Source: Thermoflexus sp. (GTDB lineage Bacteria > Chloroflexota > Anaerolineae > Thermoflexales > Thermoflexaceae). From it: a DNA stretch of 64,000 nucleotides. The notes beneath the pieces were generated by a model that worked only from the letters and a program-made list of their open reading frames with translations, did no database searches and was not told where the DNA came from. The stretch spans positions 1,402 through 65,401 of the forward strand of contig NZ_PSLG01000004.1 of assembly GCF_040289485.1 (NCBI RefSeq), given 5' to 3'. Shown piece after piece: positions 1 to 10,250 of the stretch (position 1 is its first letter; the number at the start of each line of letters is the position of its first letter). The position numbers and the translations under genes are program-made.

Positions 1-2595
1 CTTCGCCCGGGCCGGCGAGCGCGTCCGCCGCGTCCCGTCTTTGGAGAGGGCCGCCCGGGCCCCCTCCTTCCGGTCCGAGAGGGCTGCGGCCAGGGCCTCG
101 TCGATGGTCTCCACCAGCACGAAGGACATCTCCCGGCGCACGTCCTCGGGGACGTCCTCCAGGTCCTTCTCGTTGCGCTTGGGGAGGATCACCGTGCGCA
201 GGCCCACCCGGTGGGCGGCCAGCACCTTCTCCTTGATGCCCCCCACCGGCAGCACCTTCCCCCGCAACGTGATCTCCCCCGTCATCCCCACCTCCGGCCG
301 CACCGGGCGCTCGGTGAGCAGCGAGACCAGCGCCGTGACGATGGTGATGCCGGCCGAGGGGCCGTCCTTGGGGATGGCCCCGGCCGGGACGTGGATGTGG
401 ATGTCGCTGCGCTCGAAGAAGTCCTCGGGGATCCCGAAGGAGCGGGCGTGGGCGCGCACATAACTCAGGGCCGCCTGGGCGGACTCCCGCATCACCTCCC
501 CCAGGGAGCCCGTCAGCACGAACCCCTTGCTCCCCGGCATACGGGTGGCCTCGATGAAGAGGACATCGCCCCCCGTGGGCGTCCAGGCCAGGCCGATGGC
601 CACCCCGGGAACCTCCACCCGGCGGGCGATCTCCTCCTCGGTGTAGAGGGGCTTGCCCAGGTAGCGGGGCACATCCTCCGCGTCCACCAGGGCCGCCTCG
701 GGCGCCCCCTCGGCGATCCGGGTGGCCACCTTGCGGCAGACCCGGCCGATGGCCCGCTCCAGGTTGCGCACCCCCGCCTCGCGGGTGTATTCGCGGATGA
801 TGCGCCGGACCGCCGCCTCCGTGAACGTGACCTCACCGGGCAGCAAGCCGTTCTCCCGCAACTGTCGCGGGATGAGATATCCCATGGCGATGTGGAACTT
901 CTCCGTCTCCGTGTAGCCCGGGATGAAGATGATCTCCATCCGGTCCCGCAATGGCGCCGGGATGGTGTCCAGTTGGTTGGCGGTGCAGATGAAGAGCACC
1001 TGGGAGAGATCGAAGGGCACATCCAGATAGTGATCCCGGAACTCCCGGTTCTGCTCGGGGTCCAGCACCTCCAGCAAGGCCGAGGCCGGATCCCCCCGCC
1101 AGTCGGCCCCGATCTTATCCACCTCGTCGAGCATGAAGACGGGGTTGCGGGACTCCACCCGGCGCAGGGCCTGGATGATGCGCCCCGGCATAGCCCCCAC
1201 GTAGGTCCGACGGAAGCCCCGGATCTCCGCCTCATCCCGGATGCCGCCCAGGGCGATGCGGGTGAACTTGCGGCCCATCGCCCGGGCGATGGACTGGCCC
1301 AGGGAGGTCTTGCCCACGCCAGGCGGGCCGACGAAGCACAGGATGGCCCCCTCCCGCGCCCGGCGGATGTAATCGCGGGTCTCCAGCTCCTCCAATTGCG
1401 CTGCTCGCTCCTGCTTCAGTTTGCGCACCGCCAGGTACTCCAGGATGCGCTCCTTGACGTCCTGCAGCCCGTAGTGGTCCTCGTCCAGGACCCGCCGGGC
1501 GTGGGCGACGTCCAGGTTGTCGGGGGTGGTCTTGTTCCAGGGGAGGCTAACCATCCAGTCCAGGTAGGTGCGGATCACCCCGTATTCGGCCGAGGCGGGC
1601 GGCAACTTGGCCAGGCGGTCCAGTTCACGGAGGGCCTCCCGCTGGGCCTCCGGCGGCATCCCGGCCTCCTCGATCTTCCGCCGGAACTCCTCGACCTCCA
1701 TCTGGTGCTCATCGGCCTCGCCCAGCTCCCGGCGGATGGCCTCGAGTTGCTGGCGCAGGAAGAACTCCCGCTGCATCTTCTCCACCTGGGCCTGGGCCTC
1801 GGACTGGATCTTGCGCCCCAGTTCCAGGACCTCGATCTCCCGTGTCAGAAGGCCGATGAGGCGGTGGAGCTTAGCCGCCACGTCATCCAGTTCCAGGATC
1901 TCCTGGGCCTCCTGGAGGGACATGCGGATGTAGGTGGCTACCGCGTAGGCCAGTTGCCGAGGGTCCTCCACGGCCATCGCCAGGGCCCCCAACGGGTCCG
2001 GCAGGCCGGGGACCAGTTCCACCATTCGGGCGAACAACTCGGCAGTCTTGCGCCGCAGGGCCTCCAATTCCGGCCCGGGGGTCATGGTCTCCGGGTGGCG
2101 CTCCACCCGGGCCTTCAGGTAGGGCTGGGTGGCCGTGTATTCCACGATGCGGATGCGCTCCAGGCCCATCACCAGGATCCGCATGGTGCCATCGGGCATC
2201 CGGACCAGCCGCTGGATGTGGGCCAGCGTCCCGATGGTGTAACAATCCTCCGGCATGGGCTCGTCCAGTTCCGGCCGCTTGCTGGCCACCAGCCCCACCC
2301 GTTTCCGGCCCAGCACCACGTCGTCCACCAGGCGGATGGACCGAGGCTGCCCCACGGCCAGCGGCACGACCGTCAGAGGGTAGACCACGACGCCCCGTAG
2401 GGGGAGGATGGGAAGCTCCTCTGGGATCTCCACCGCCGGCCTTCCCGCGTCCCCCTCCGCCTCCGGCTTCACCCCCAGAGGCAGGGGCTCCTCCCCTTCC
2501 TCATCGCTGAGGAGATACCCCCAGCGGGCCCCATCGATGGGCGACAGCATTTTCATGGCCATGGGAAAGGGCTCCTCTTCCAGCCAGCGGCTCAC
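1..2595 (-). CDS. lon: Lon ATP-dependent protease (3' end runs off the window)
   Basis: Read manually on the minus strand: N-domain '[13 protein letters not shown]', Walker A 'GPPGVGKT', 'MLDEVDK', catalytic 'PKDGPSAGI', '[25 protein letters not shown]'. GTG start overlaps the hsp20 stop (GTGA); alternative ATGs lie near 2550-2562. Confidence 0.97.
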   Translation of the reverse strand, partial: MSRWLEEEPFPMAMKMLSPIDGARWGYLLSDEEGEEPLPLGVKPEAEGDAGRPAVEIPEELPILPLRGVVVYPLTVVPLAVGQPRSIRLVDDVVLGRKRVGLVASKRPELDEPMPEDCYTIGTLAHIQRLVRMPDGTMRILVMGLERIRIVEYTATQPYLKARVERHPETMTPGPELEALRRKTAELFARMVELVPGLPDPLGALAMAVEDPRQLAYAVATYIRMSLQEAQEILELDDVAAKLHRLIGLLTREIEVLELGRKIQSEAQAQVEKMQREFFLRQQLEAIRRELGEADEHQMEVEEFRRKIEEAGMPPEAQREALRELDRLAKLPPASAEYGVIRTYLDWMVSLPWNKTTPDNLDVAHARRVLDEDHYGLQDVKERILEYLAVRKLKQERAAQLEELETRDYIRRAREGAILCFVGPPGVGKTSLGQSIARAMGRKFTRIALGGIRDEAEIRGFRRTYVGAMPGRIIQALRRVESRNPVFMLDEVDKIGADWRGDPASALLEVLDPEQNREFRDHYLDVPFDLSQVLFICTANQLDTIPAPLRDRMEIIFIPGYTETEKFHIAMGYLIPRQLRENGLLPGEVTFTEAAVRRIIREYTREAGVRNLERAIGRVCRKVATRIAEGAPEAALVDAEDVPRYLGKPLYTEEEIARRVEVPGVAIGLAWTPTGGDVLFIEATRMPGSKGFVLTGSLGEVMRESAQAALSYVRAHARSFGIPEDFFERSDIHIHVPAGAIPKDGPSAGITIVTALVSLLTERPVRPEVGMTGEITLRGKVLPVGGIKEKVLAAHRVGLRTVILPKRNEKDLEDVPEDVRREMSFVLVETIDEALAAALSDRKEGARAALSKDGTRRTRSPARAK

Positions 2596-3044
2596 CGGCC
2601 GGCCCCCGGTGTGGTCACCGGGAGACGGCGCGGCGTCCGCACCGTGATGGTCAGCGGCGGTTTTTTGGGCAGGGTGACGATCAGGAAGCCGTCGCGGTAG
2701 ACCGCCTGGGCGGCCTCGGCGTCCAGGGCCCATGGCAAGTAGACCTCCACATGGAACTCGCCATAATGGATCTCTAATTGATGATAAGCCACTTTGGGGG
2801 TGGGATCCTGACGGTAGCCGCTGATCACCAGCCAGCGGTCGTGCAGGGCCACGACGACGTCCTCCGGCCTCAACCCGGCGATCTCCACACGGACCACGAC
2901 GGCCTCGTCGGTCTCGTAAACATCGGTGGGCGGGCGCCAGGCGTTCCCGTAGCGCAACGCCCACCGCTGGCGGGCCAGGATGTCCTGTAGCAGACGCTCG
3001 ACCTGGGACTGGAACCGCTCGAAGGTCCGCTCGAACTCTTCCAT
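2592..3044 (-). CDS. Hsp20/alpha-crystallin small heat shock protein
   Basis: '[10 protein letters not shown]...VRVEIAGL...[11 protein letters not shown]...[14 protein letters not shown]' alpha-crystallin motifs. Confidence 0.93.
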   Translation of the reverse strand: MEEFERTFERFQSQVERLLQDILARQRWALRYGNAWRPPTDVYETDEAVVVRVEIAGLRPEDVVVALHDRWLVISGYRQDPTPKVAYHQLEIHYGEFHVEVYLPWALDAEAAQAVYRDGFLIVTLPKKPPLTITVRTPRRLPVTTPGAGR

Positions 3045-3108
3045 GGATGGCGCGCTCCACCGGTGTGCCTGAGAGGCCCAGAGCCGACCGTTTGGATGGC
3101 CTGCTCAA

Positions 3109-3121
3109 ATTGTAGCATAAT
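3109..3121. promoter_or_regulatory. Overlapping divergent -10 elements for hsp20-lon and csaA
   Basis: Minus strand TGCTACAAT (3117-3109); plus strand TAGCATAAT (3113-3121). Confidence 0.45.
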
Positions 3122-3158
3122 CCGTCCGGGTGGACATCCTGCTCCGCGGAGGCGCTGT

Positions 3159-3497
3159 GTGGCGACCCTGACGATGGAGGAGTTCCTCCGGGTGGACATG
3201 CGGGTGGGCCGGGTGGTGCGGGCCGAACCCCATCCGCGGGCCCGCCGACCCTCCCTGTGCTTGTGGATCGACTTCGGGCCTGAGATCGGCGTCCGAACCA
3301 GCAGCGCCCAACTGGCCGACCGCTACCGGCCGGAGGAACTGGTGGGGAGCCTGGTGATCGCCGTGGTGAACTTCCCCCCCAAGAACGTCGCCGGCTTCGT
3401 CTCGGAGGTCCTGGTCCTCGGGGTCCCGGATGAGGCTGGCCGCGTGGTGCTGTTGCGCCCGGACGCCGAGGTGCCCTTGGGGGGCCGGGTCTTCTGA
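3159..3497 (+). CDS. csaA: CsaA-type tRNA-binding/chaperone OB-fold protein
   Basis: 'DMRVGRVV...[16 protein letters not shown]...[20 protein letters not shown]'. GGAGG at 3148 supports a GTG start at 3159. Confidence 0.9.
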   Translation: MATLTMEEFLRVDMRVGRVVRAEPHPRARRPSLCLWIDFGPEIGVRTSSAQLADRYRPEELVGSLVIAVVNFPPKNVAGFVSEVLVLGVPDEAGRVVLLRPDAEVPLGGRVF

Positions 3498-3560
3498 GGG
3501 CACGCCCCTGGGCGAAAAGGGAGCCGTTCCCCATCTTTATTTTTTGATCAGGAGGCAGCG

Positions 3561-4829
3561 ATGGCGACCCGAGCGCACCTCGCCCCGGTCTGGCTCCGGA
3601 TCTTCGACTTAGAGGTGACCCACGGCGAAGGGGTTTACCTCTATGGGACCGACGGCCGCCGCTACCTGGATTTCACCAGCGGCATCGGCGTGACCAACAC
3701 CGGCCACTGCCATCCCCGGGTCGTCGCCGCTGTCCAAGAGCAGGCCGCGCGGCTGCTCCACGGACAGGCCAACATCGTCTACCACCGTCCCATGCTGGAA
3801 CTGGTCGAGGCGCTCCTCACCGTGGTCCCCGCCCCCCTGGACACCTTCTTCTTCGCCAACAGCGGGGCGGAGGCGGTGGAGGCCGCTGTGAAATTGGCCC
3901 GCTACGCCACCGGTCGCCCCAACATCATCGTCTTCCAGGGGAGCTTCCACGGCCGGACCAACATGGCGATGGCCCTCACCACCAGCAAGACGATCTACCG
4001 GGCCGGTTACCAGCCGCTGGCCGCCGGCGTCTACGTGGCCCCCTACCCTTACGCGTATCGCTACGGATGGGACCCGGAGACGACCCTGCGCTTTTGTCTG
4101 CGGGAACTGGACTTCCTCCTGAAATCCCAGACGGCCCCCGAGGAGACGGCAGCCCTCCTGGTGGAGCCGATCCTCGGCGAAGGGGGTTACGTGGTGCCGC
4201 CCCCTGGGTTCCTGGCCGCCCTGCGGGAGCGCTGCGATCACTACGGGATGCTGTTGATCGCCGACGAGGTGCAAACCGGGTTCGGGCGGACCGGCCGCTT
4301 CTTCGCTGTGGAGCATGAAGGGGTGGTGCCGGACATCCTGATCATGGCCAAGGGGATGGCCTCCGGCCTTCCCCTGTCGGGGATCGCTGCCCGGGCCGAG
4401 TGGATGGCCCGATGGAAGCCCGGCGCCCACGGGGGGACCTTCGGAGGGAACGCCGTGGCCTGTGCCGCTGCCGTGGCCACGATCCAGGTGATGAAAGCGG
4501 AGCGCCTCCCCGAGAACGCCGCCGCCCGCGGGGCGGAACTCATGGCCGGCCTGCGCCGCCTCGCCGAACGCTTCCCAGGCCTGGGGGATGTGCGGGGGCG
4601 CGGGCTGATGGTCGGGGTGGAGTTCTCCCGAAACGGGGAGCCCGACCCGGCGGCCGCCAAAGCCGTGCAGGCCGCCTGCTTCCGGCGGGGGCTGCTGCTG
4701 CTCACCTGCGGGACCTACGATAACGTCATCCGCTGGGTCCCCCCGCTGGGGGTCACCGCCGAGCAGATCCAGGAGGGACTCCGCATCTTTGAGGAGGCTC
4801 TGGCAGAAGTCGCCGAGATCTCCAGGTGA
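3561..4829 (+). CDS. Class III PLP aminotransferase (GabT/4-aminobutyrate transaminase-like)
   Basis: '[10 protein letters not shown]', 'NSGAEAVE', 'FHGRT', '[12 protein letters not shown]', '[10 protein letters not shown]', 'HGGTFGGN'. Confidence 0.92.
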   Translation: MATRAHLAPVWLRIFDLEVTHGEGVYLYGTDGRRYLDFTSGIGVTNTGHCHPRVVAAVQEQAARLLHGQANIVYHRPMLELVEALLTVVPAPLDTFFFANSGAEAVEAAVKLARYATGRPNIIVFQGSFHGRTNMAMALTTSKTIYRAGYQPLAAGVYVAPYPYAYRYGWDPETTLRFCLRELDFLLKSQTAPEETAALLVEPILGEGGYVVPPPGFLAALRERCDHYGMLLIADEVQTGFGRTGRFFAVEHEGVVPDILIMAKGMASGLPLSGIAARAEWMARWKPGAHGGTFGGNAVACAAAVATIQVMKAERLPENAAARGAELMAGLRRLAERFPGLGDVRGRGLMVGVEFSRNGEPDPAAAKAVQAACFRRGLLLLTCGTYDNVIRWVPPLGVTAEQIQEGLRIFEEALAEVAEISR

Positions 4830-4853
4830 CCTTCCCGCCCCCTGTGTCTCCGG

Positions 4854-6344
4854 TCAGAGGCCGGATGCTTCGCTTTCCTCCATCAGCCGGCGGGCGAGGG
4901 CCAGGGCGTCCTCCCGCGTGGTCACTTCCCCGGCGGCCTGAGCCTCCCGGATGGCTTCTAGGATCTGGCCGATGCGGGGGCCCTCCGGCACCCCTAGCGC
5001 CAGCAGGTCCTCCCCCCGCACCAGGGGGGGCGGGCGGACGAACCGCTCAGGGGCCTCGAAGAAGGCCGCCCACAAGGTCCGGGCGACCTGCAACCGGGGC
5101 TCCCAGACCGCCTCCGAGAGGGTGGACCCCCAGACCCCCAGGGTGTCCGCTAGGGCCAGCAGGGCCAGATCCACTCCGGCAGCCCCGACCTCCCGGAAGA
5201 ACCGATAGATGGCCCGGGGGGAAAGGGGACCGCGGGCCAGCCCGTGGGGCCGCATGTGATCCCGCACCAGGAGCGCCACCTCCTCGACCTCATCGTTGCT
5301 GAACCGCAGCGCCCGGAGCCGCTCCGCGGTCCGTTCGGCCCCGAGCCGCTCGTGACCGATGAAGCGGACCCGCCCGTCGGCCGCGACCGTGCGGGTCTCT
5401 GGCTTGCCGATGTCATGGAAGAGGGCGGCCAGCAGCAGCAGGATCCGTCGGGGGCGCCCGACGACGACCTCCTCCGCCCAGCGGGCCGCCAGGCGCTCCC
5501 GCCACGGCGCGAGGGCCGCCTCCGCCTCGGCCAGACGGGGGAGATCCCGGATCTCCGGCGTCTCGACCGTCGCGCCCATCAGCCGCTCGAGGGCGGCGAC
5601 CACCCGCAGCGTGTGCTCGTAGACGTCCCAGATGTGAGGCGGCCCCTGGGTCACCCCCCGCAGGGCCGCCACCTCCGGCAGGAGGGCCTCCAGGAGCCCC
5701 AGAGACGCCATCCGGCGCAGGGTGCGGACGACCGGGGGGATCTCCAGGATCTTCGCCAGTTCCTCCCGCAGTCGCTCCGGGGCAGCGGACAGGAGGGCGG
5801 GGAGGTCCTCCCGGAGCGCCCGCTCCGTCTCCGGCGTCATCTCCAGTTCGAACGCCGCTTCGAAGCGGACCGCCCGCAGCAGCCGGACCGGGTCGCGGCG
5901 GAAGGCGTCCGGGGCACACAGCCGGAGCCGCCGGGCGCGCAGGTCCTCGAGGCCCCCGAGGGGATCCTCTGGGGCGAAGGTCTCCTGAGCCAGGAAAGTC
6001 CCCAGGTCGACCATCATCGCGTTGATGGTGAAGTCCCGGTGCCGGAGGTCCGCCTCCCAGCCTTCGCCCTCCCGACGGGTGAGATCCACGTAGAAGCGCC
6101 GGCCGCCGGGATCAATCCACACCACCCGGCCGAACTCCCGCCGGGCGTCCAGGACGTAGAAGGACCCGCCGACCCGATCGGCCAGTTCGCGGGCGAGGCG
6201 TAGGGCGGGGCCGACCACCACCACATCGAAATCGTAGGGCTCCCGGCCGGCCAAGCGGTCCCGCACCGCCCCGCCCACCAGGCGGGCCTCCAGGCCCCTG
6301 GCTTCCAGCAGGGCTTTCAGGGTCTCCAGCACCGGTCGGGCCAT
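4854..6344 (-). CDS. Class II tRNA nucleotidyltransferase with HD domain (probably CC-adding)
   Basis: 'GGAVRD...DFDV', 'RDFTINAM', 'DPLGGLEDL', 'DPVRLLRAVRF', HD domain 'HTL...FHDIGK'. Confidence 0.92.
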   Translation of the reverse strand: MARPVLETLKALLEARGLEARLVGGAVRDRLAGREPYDFDVVVVGPALRLARELADRVGGSFYVLDARREFGRVVWIDPGGRRFYVDLTRREGEGWEADLRHRDFTINAMMVDLGTFLAQETFAPEDPLGGLEDLRARRLRLCAPDAFRRDPVRLLRAVRFEAAFELEMTPETERALREDLPALLSAAPERLREELAKILEIPPVVRTLRRMASLGLLEALLPEVAALRGVTQGPPHIWDVYEHTLRVVAALERLMGATVETPEIRDLPRLAEAEAALAPWRERLAARWAEEVVVGRPRRILLLLAALFHDIGKPETRTVAADGRVRFIGHERLGAERTAERLRALRFSNDEVEEVALLVRDHMRPHGLARGPLSPRAIYRFFREVGAAGVDLALLALADTLGVWGSTLSEAVWEPRLQVARTLWAAFFEAPERFVRPPPLVRGEDLLALGVPEGPRIGQILEAIREAQAAGEVTTREDALALARRLMEESEASGL

Positions 6345-6385
6345 CGCTCCCCGCTCCTTCCCCACCGACAGGGGTGCCGCCGCAG

Positions 6386-6414
6386 TTGCCAGGCGGACAA
6401 GTGGCGGGTATAAT
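6386..6414 (+). promoter_or_regulatory. Sigma70-type promoter of tRNA-Val
   Basis: TTGCCA (6386-6391), 17 bp spacer, TATAAT (6409-6414), 12 nt upstream of the tRNA. Confidence 0.8.
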
Positions 6415-6426
6415 TTTCCCAGAAAT

Positions 6427-6501
<75 letters not shown>

Positions 6502-6502
6502 A

Positions 6503-6538
6503 GCGCCGCAGCCCTTGGGGCTGCGGCGCTGTTTTGTT
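6503..6538 (+). terminator. Rho-independent terminator after tRNA-Val
   Basis: Perfect 12-bp stem GCGCCGCAGCCC-TTG-GGGCTGCGGCGC followed by TGTTTTGTT. Confidence 0.88.
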
Positions 6539-6553
6539 CGACGGCCCCGCCTC

Positions 6554-6582
6554 TTGGACCGATCCGGTTCCTGCCATAGAAT
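6554..6582 (+). promoter_or_regulatory. Putative sigma70 promoter of the S41 protease-YfhO unit
   Basis: TTGGAC, 17 bp, TAGAAT. Confidence 0.5.
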
Positions 6583-6626
6583 CCGGGTAGATCCCGCCTG
6601 TCCACAGGTATCTCAGGAGGCGCATC

Positions 6627-7844
6627 GTGAACAGCTGGGCCAAGCGCGTGGGCAACCTGCTGCTGTTCGCCATCCTGGCGGCTGGGTTGACCGGCGGCGC
6701 GTTCCTGAGCGGGTTCGGCGTAGCGTGGGGCCTTCATCCCCCCGCCCCCCGGGTCGCCCCTCCCGCCACCCCTCCCCCGGACCTCGAGCAGGCCTTCGGC
6801 ATCTTCTGGGAGGCCTGGAGGCTCGTCCAACAGGAGTATTATGGGGAGATCCCCAGCCCGCAAACCGTCGCCTATGGGGCCATCCGGGGGGCCCTGCAAA
6901 CCCTGGGGGACCCTTACACCTCCTTCATCGAGCCGAAGATCGCCCGCATCCTCCAGGAAGACGCCTCCGGCCAGTTCGAGGGGATCGGGGCGCTGGTCCG
7001 GATGAACCGGGACAACAAACTGGAGATCGTGCGCACCTTCGAGGGATCCCCGGCCCAGAGGGCCGGCCTGCGGGCGGGGGACCTGGTGCTCAAGGTCAAC
7101 GGCCAGTCCATCGTCGGCTACAGCATCTACGAAGCCATCGCCCTGATCCGTGGGCCGGCCGGCACCTCAGTGACGCTGACCATCGAGCGGCCCGGGGAGC
7201 GGGAGCCCTTCGAGGTCACGGTGACCCGGGCGCGGATCACCATCCCGGTGGTGGAGGCCCGCATGCTTCCCCAGGGCGTGGCCTACATTCAACTCTTCGA
7301 CTTCAGCGCCCAGGCCACCCGCCAGCTTCAGGAGCAACTGAAGGCGTTGCTTGCCCAGAACCCGCGGGGCCTGATCCTGGATCTGCGGGACAACCCGGGC
7401 GGCTTCCTGGACCAGGCCATCCAGGTGGCCGACCTCTTCCTGGACGAGGGCGTGGTGGCTTATGAGCGGACCCGCGACGGCGAGGAACGGGTCTTCCGTT
7501 CGAAGTCGGGGGACCCAGGGGAGAAGATCCCTATGGTGGTGCTGGTGAACGCCGGCAGCGCCAGCGCCTCGGAGATCGTGGCTGGGACTCTCCAGGATCG
7601 GGGCCGGGCTCGGCTGGTAGGCGAGCGGACCTTCGGGAAGGGCTCGGTGCAGCTTTCTCACCCGCTCTCCGACGGCTCGGAACTGCGAGTGACCATCGCC
7701 CGATGGTTCACCCCTAAGAACCGGGCCATCCACGGCCAGGGGCTCAACCCGGATATCGAAGTGCGGGTGGATCCGGCCCAGCCGGCTGGGGGGCGCGACC
7801 CCCAGCTGGAAAAGGCCATTGAAGTTCTCTTTCAGGAGCGCTGA
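6627..7844 (+). CDS. S41 family C-terminal processing protease (CtpA-like, PDZ domain)
   Basis: N-terminal TM segment, 'LGDPYT', 'FEGIGA', 'DLRDNPGG', 'SASASEIVAG', 'TFGKGSVQ'. Confidence 0.95.
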   Translation: MNSWAKRVGNLLLFAILAAGLTGGAFLSGFGVAWGLHPPAPRVAPPATPPPDLEQAFGIFWEAWRLVQQEYYGEIPSPQTVAYGAIRGALQTLGDPYTSFIEPKIARILQEDASGQFEGIGALVRMNRDNKLEIVRTFEGSPAQRAGLRAGDLVLKVNGQSIVGYSIYEAIALIRGPAGTSVTLTIERPGEREPFEVTVTRARITIPVVEARMLPQGVAYIQLFDFSAQATRQLQEQLKALLAQNPRGLILDLRDNPGGFLDQAIQVADLFLDEGVVAYERTRDGEERVFRSKSGDPGEKIPMVVLVNAGSASASEIVAGTLQDRGRARLVGERTFGKGSVQLSHPLSDGSELRVTIARWFTPKNRAIHGQGLNPDIEVRVDPAQPAGGRDPQLEKAIEVLFQER

Positions 7845-7849
7845 GCAGG

Positions 7850-10132
7850 ATGGCCGGCCGGCCCCGGGTTTCCCCGCTGGACAGCGCCATCCTTGTGGCG
7901 CTCGCCGGTTGGATCACGGCCCTTTACGCGCCCCTCTGGTCCGGGGATCCGAGGGGGCAGGCGGCCTTCCGGCCGGGGGACATGACCGAACAACATTACC
8001 CGTTCGCCGCCTACGCCCATCGGCGCCTGCAGGCTGGTCAGATCCCCCTCTGGAACCCGTTCGGGCTGGGAGGGCATCCCTTCCTCGCCGATCCCCAGAC
8101 CCCTGCCCTGTATCCGGTTCAGGCGCTGGTCGTGGGGATGGCGGGGGGCAGTTCCCTGTCGCTCCGGGGCTATGCGGCGGAGGTCGTCGCCCACCTGGTC
8201 GTGACGGCATGGGGAGCCTATTTGTTCTTCCGCTGGCTGGCCCGGGAGCGGGGGGCTGCGGCCTTCGGCGCCTTCGCCTGGGGCCTGAGCGGCTATTTGA
8301 CCGCCTATCCCCTTCAAAACCCGCCCATCCTCTTCACAATGGCCTGGCTTCCATGGCTGCTGTGGGGCCTCGGTCATCTGCTGACGGACCCTCGGCCGCG
8401 CCGGCGCTGGGAAGGGCTGGCCATCGGGATGGCGGCACTGACGCTGTTGGGGAGCCACGCCCAGGCGGCGTTCTACAGCGGGTTGATGGCGGTGGGGTTC
8501 GGCGCCGCAGCGGCAGGGCGGCGCTGGTCCCGGTGGGCCGCCCTCCTCCGCGTTGGCCTCTTCGGCCTCGGCCTCGCGGCCGCGCGCCTCCTTCCGGTCT
8601 TGGAGATCCTTCCGTGGACCGAGCGGACGTCCTGGACCTTCCCCCAGCGCGCCGGCGGGTTTGAAACATGGGAACTCTGGGGTATCCTCTGGCCCCACCT
8701 GACCCTCTGGTCTCCGCTCTATGTCGGGGTCCCCACCCTGATCCTGGCGGCCCACTGTCGGTCTTCCCCCGGACAACGCCGGGAGCGCTCTCCGGCCCTG
8801 TGGCTCGGCCTGTTGGCCTTGGGGGTCTTCCTCTCGCGGGGAGGCGAGGCCGCCCTCTATCCGGTCGCCGCGTGGTGGCTTTCCCCGCTCCTCGGCTTCT
8901 TCCGCAACCAGGAGCGGGCGGCCGTGATCGCCGCTTGGTCCCTGATCACCCTCGCTGTCCTGGGCTGGCCACGGATCCCCGACCGTCCCACGGTGCGCGC
9001 CATGGCCGTCGGGCTAGGTGGCTGGGGGCTGGTGCTGGGGGGCGGGCTTCTGCTCGTGCAGGGCCAGGATCCCTCGGCGTGGCCGCGGCTCCATCGGCTG
9101 CTCTCGCAAGCCATGGAGCCGCTCCTGATCGGGGGGTTGGCTCTGCTGGTTCTTTCAGGCAGGCCCCACTGGCGTTGGGCGCTGGTGGCCCTGGTCGCCC
9201 TGGACGTCGGGTCGGTCGCCTGGCGGACGGCGACGGCCGGCCATTGGGTGTGGGAAGACCCCGAGGCCCTCCACACGCCGCCCCTGGCGCCCGACCGGAT
9301 CCCGGCCCACTGGCCGCCGTTGCGCCTGGACACGCGGGGCCTTCTCCCCGGCAACTGGACCACTCGGATGGGGATCGAGGACCTGCATGGCTTCACCACC
9401 CTGCCCCTGCGCCCGGTGGAACGGTTCCGACGGGAGGTGCCCGGCGAGCGGGTCTGGGCCCTGATGGGGGTGGGCTGCTTCATCCAGCGCGCCGACGAGC
9501 CGCCGCTCCCGTTCCCTTCTCGCTTGCAGGAGGCCCTGACCACCGTCCACGGTGTCCTGGAATTCCGGTGTCTGGAACAGCCGTTCTCCCGGTTCCATCT
9601 GGTCTACGAAGCCGTTGCCTTTGACGACGAGACCGCCCTCCGGGCCATGCGGGACAGCCGCTTCGATCCCCTGCGGGTGGTGATCTTGGACCGGGTGGTG
9701 CCGTTGCCCGGGATGGCGCCGCCGGAAACCCCGCCGCGTGTCGTTCTGCGATCGTGGGCCCCGGAGGAGATCCGGCTGGAGGTCGTGACCGGGCGGCCGG
9801 GGTTCCTCGTCGTCGGGGACATGTGGGCTCCGGGATGGGAGGCGGCCGTCGATGGACAGCCGGCGCCAGTGCTGCGGGCCTACACCGCCCTACGGGCGGT
9901 CCCGGTGCCGGCGGGGGCGCATGCGGTGGTCCTTCGCTACCGCCCGCTCTCCTTCCGCCTCGGAGTCCTCCTCTCCGGGCTGGCCCTGCTCCTCGTGGCG
10001 ATCCGCATCGCCGGGCCGCCCCTCCACCTTTTCCGCAGGGCGGGTCCGATCCACCCCGTCACAGCTGCCATGTCTCGCCCCAGCGGGCCAGCCGCTCCAC
10101 ATACCCAGGCCGGGCATAGCGATCCCGCATAA
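7850..10132 (+). CDS. YfhO-family (GT-C fold) polytopic membrane protein
   Basis: 'GD...HYP...GQIPLWNPF..GGHPF.ADPQ...LYP', many TM helices, C-terminal 'PGWEAAVDGQPAPVLRA...LRAVPVPAGAHAVVLRYRP'. Confidence 0.8.
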   Translation: MAGRPRVSPLDSAILVALAGWITALYAPLWSGDPRGQAAFRPGDMTEQHYPFAAYAHRRLQAGQIPLWNPFGLGGHPFLADPQTPALYPVQALVVGMAGGSSLSLRGYAAEVVAHLVVTAWGAYLFFRWLARERGAAAFGAFAWGLSGYLTAYPLQNPPILFTMAWLPWLLWGLGHLLTDPRPRRRWEGLAIGMAALTLLGSHAQAAFYSGLMAVGFGAAAAGRRWSRWAALLRVGLFGLGLAAARLLPVLEILPWTERTSWTFPQRAGGFETWELWGILWPHLTLWSPLYVGVPTLILAAHCRSSPGQRRERSPALWLGLLALGVFLSRGGEAALYPVAAWWLSPLLGFFRNQERAAVIAAWSLITLAVLGWPRIPDRPTVRAMAVGLGGWGLVLGGGLLLVQGQDPSAWPRLHRLLSQAMEPLLIGGLALLVLSGRPHWRWALVALVALDVGSVAWRTATAGHWVWEDPEALHTPPLAPDRIPAHWPPLRLDTRGLLPGNWTTRMGIEDLHGFTTLPLRPVERFRREVPGERVWALMGVGCFIQRADEPPLPFPSRLQEALTTVHGVLEFRCLEQPFSRFHLVYEAVAFDDETALRAMRDSRFDPLRVVILDRVVPLPGMAPPETPPRVVLRSWAPEEIRLEVVTGRPGFLVVGDMWAPGWEAAVDGQPAPVLRAYTALRAVPVPAGAHAVVLRYRPLSFRLGVLLSGLALLLVAIRIAGPPLHLFRRAGPIHPVTAAMSRPSGPAAPHTQAGHSDPA

Positions 10133-10139
10133 AGGCCCC

Positions 10140-10231
10140 TCCCCCAGCACATGCGCGGCGATGGATCGGTGATAGGCAGCGGGGATCCCCGCGATCCCTG
10201 CGCCGCAGATCCGCACATCCACGGCCGCCAT
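10140..10231 (-). pseudogene. 5' remnant of an FAD-dependent oxidoreductase
   Basis: ATG10231 gives 'MAAVDVRICGAGIAGIPAAYH', a GxGxxG dinucleotide-binding start. Similarity is lost after ~30 codons as it runs into the YfhO 3' end. Confidence 0.5.
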
Positions 10232-10250
10232 CGGGGCAACTCGCCGTCCC

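Noticed and set aside
211-2400. 729-aa plus-strand ORF, and similar long antisense ORFs (e.g. 24004-25527, 26260-28176, 33539-35791, 39853-42876)
   Set aside because: Shadow ORFs opposite well-conserved genes; high GC and codon bias make antisense stops rare, and the translations have no motifs.
3045-3158. CIRCE or riboswitch upstream of hsp20-lon
   Set aside because: No TTAGCACTC-N9-GAGTGCTAA match and no recognisable riboswitch core.
6598-6606. DnaA-box-like CTGTCCACA
   Set aside because: Single site with two mismatches to TTATCCACA; no box cluster or AT-rich unwinding region.
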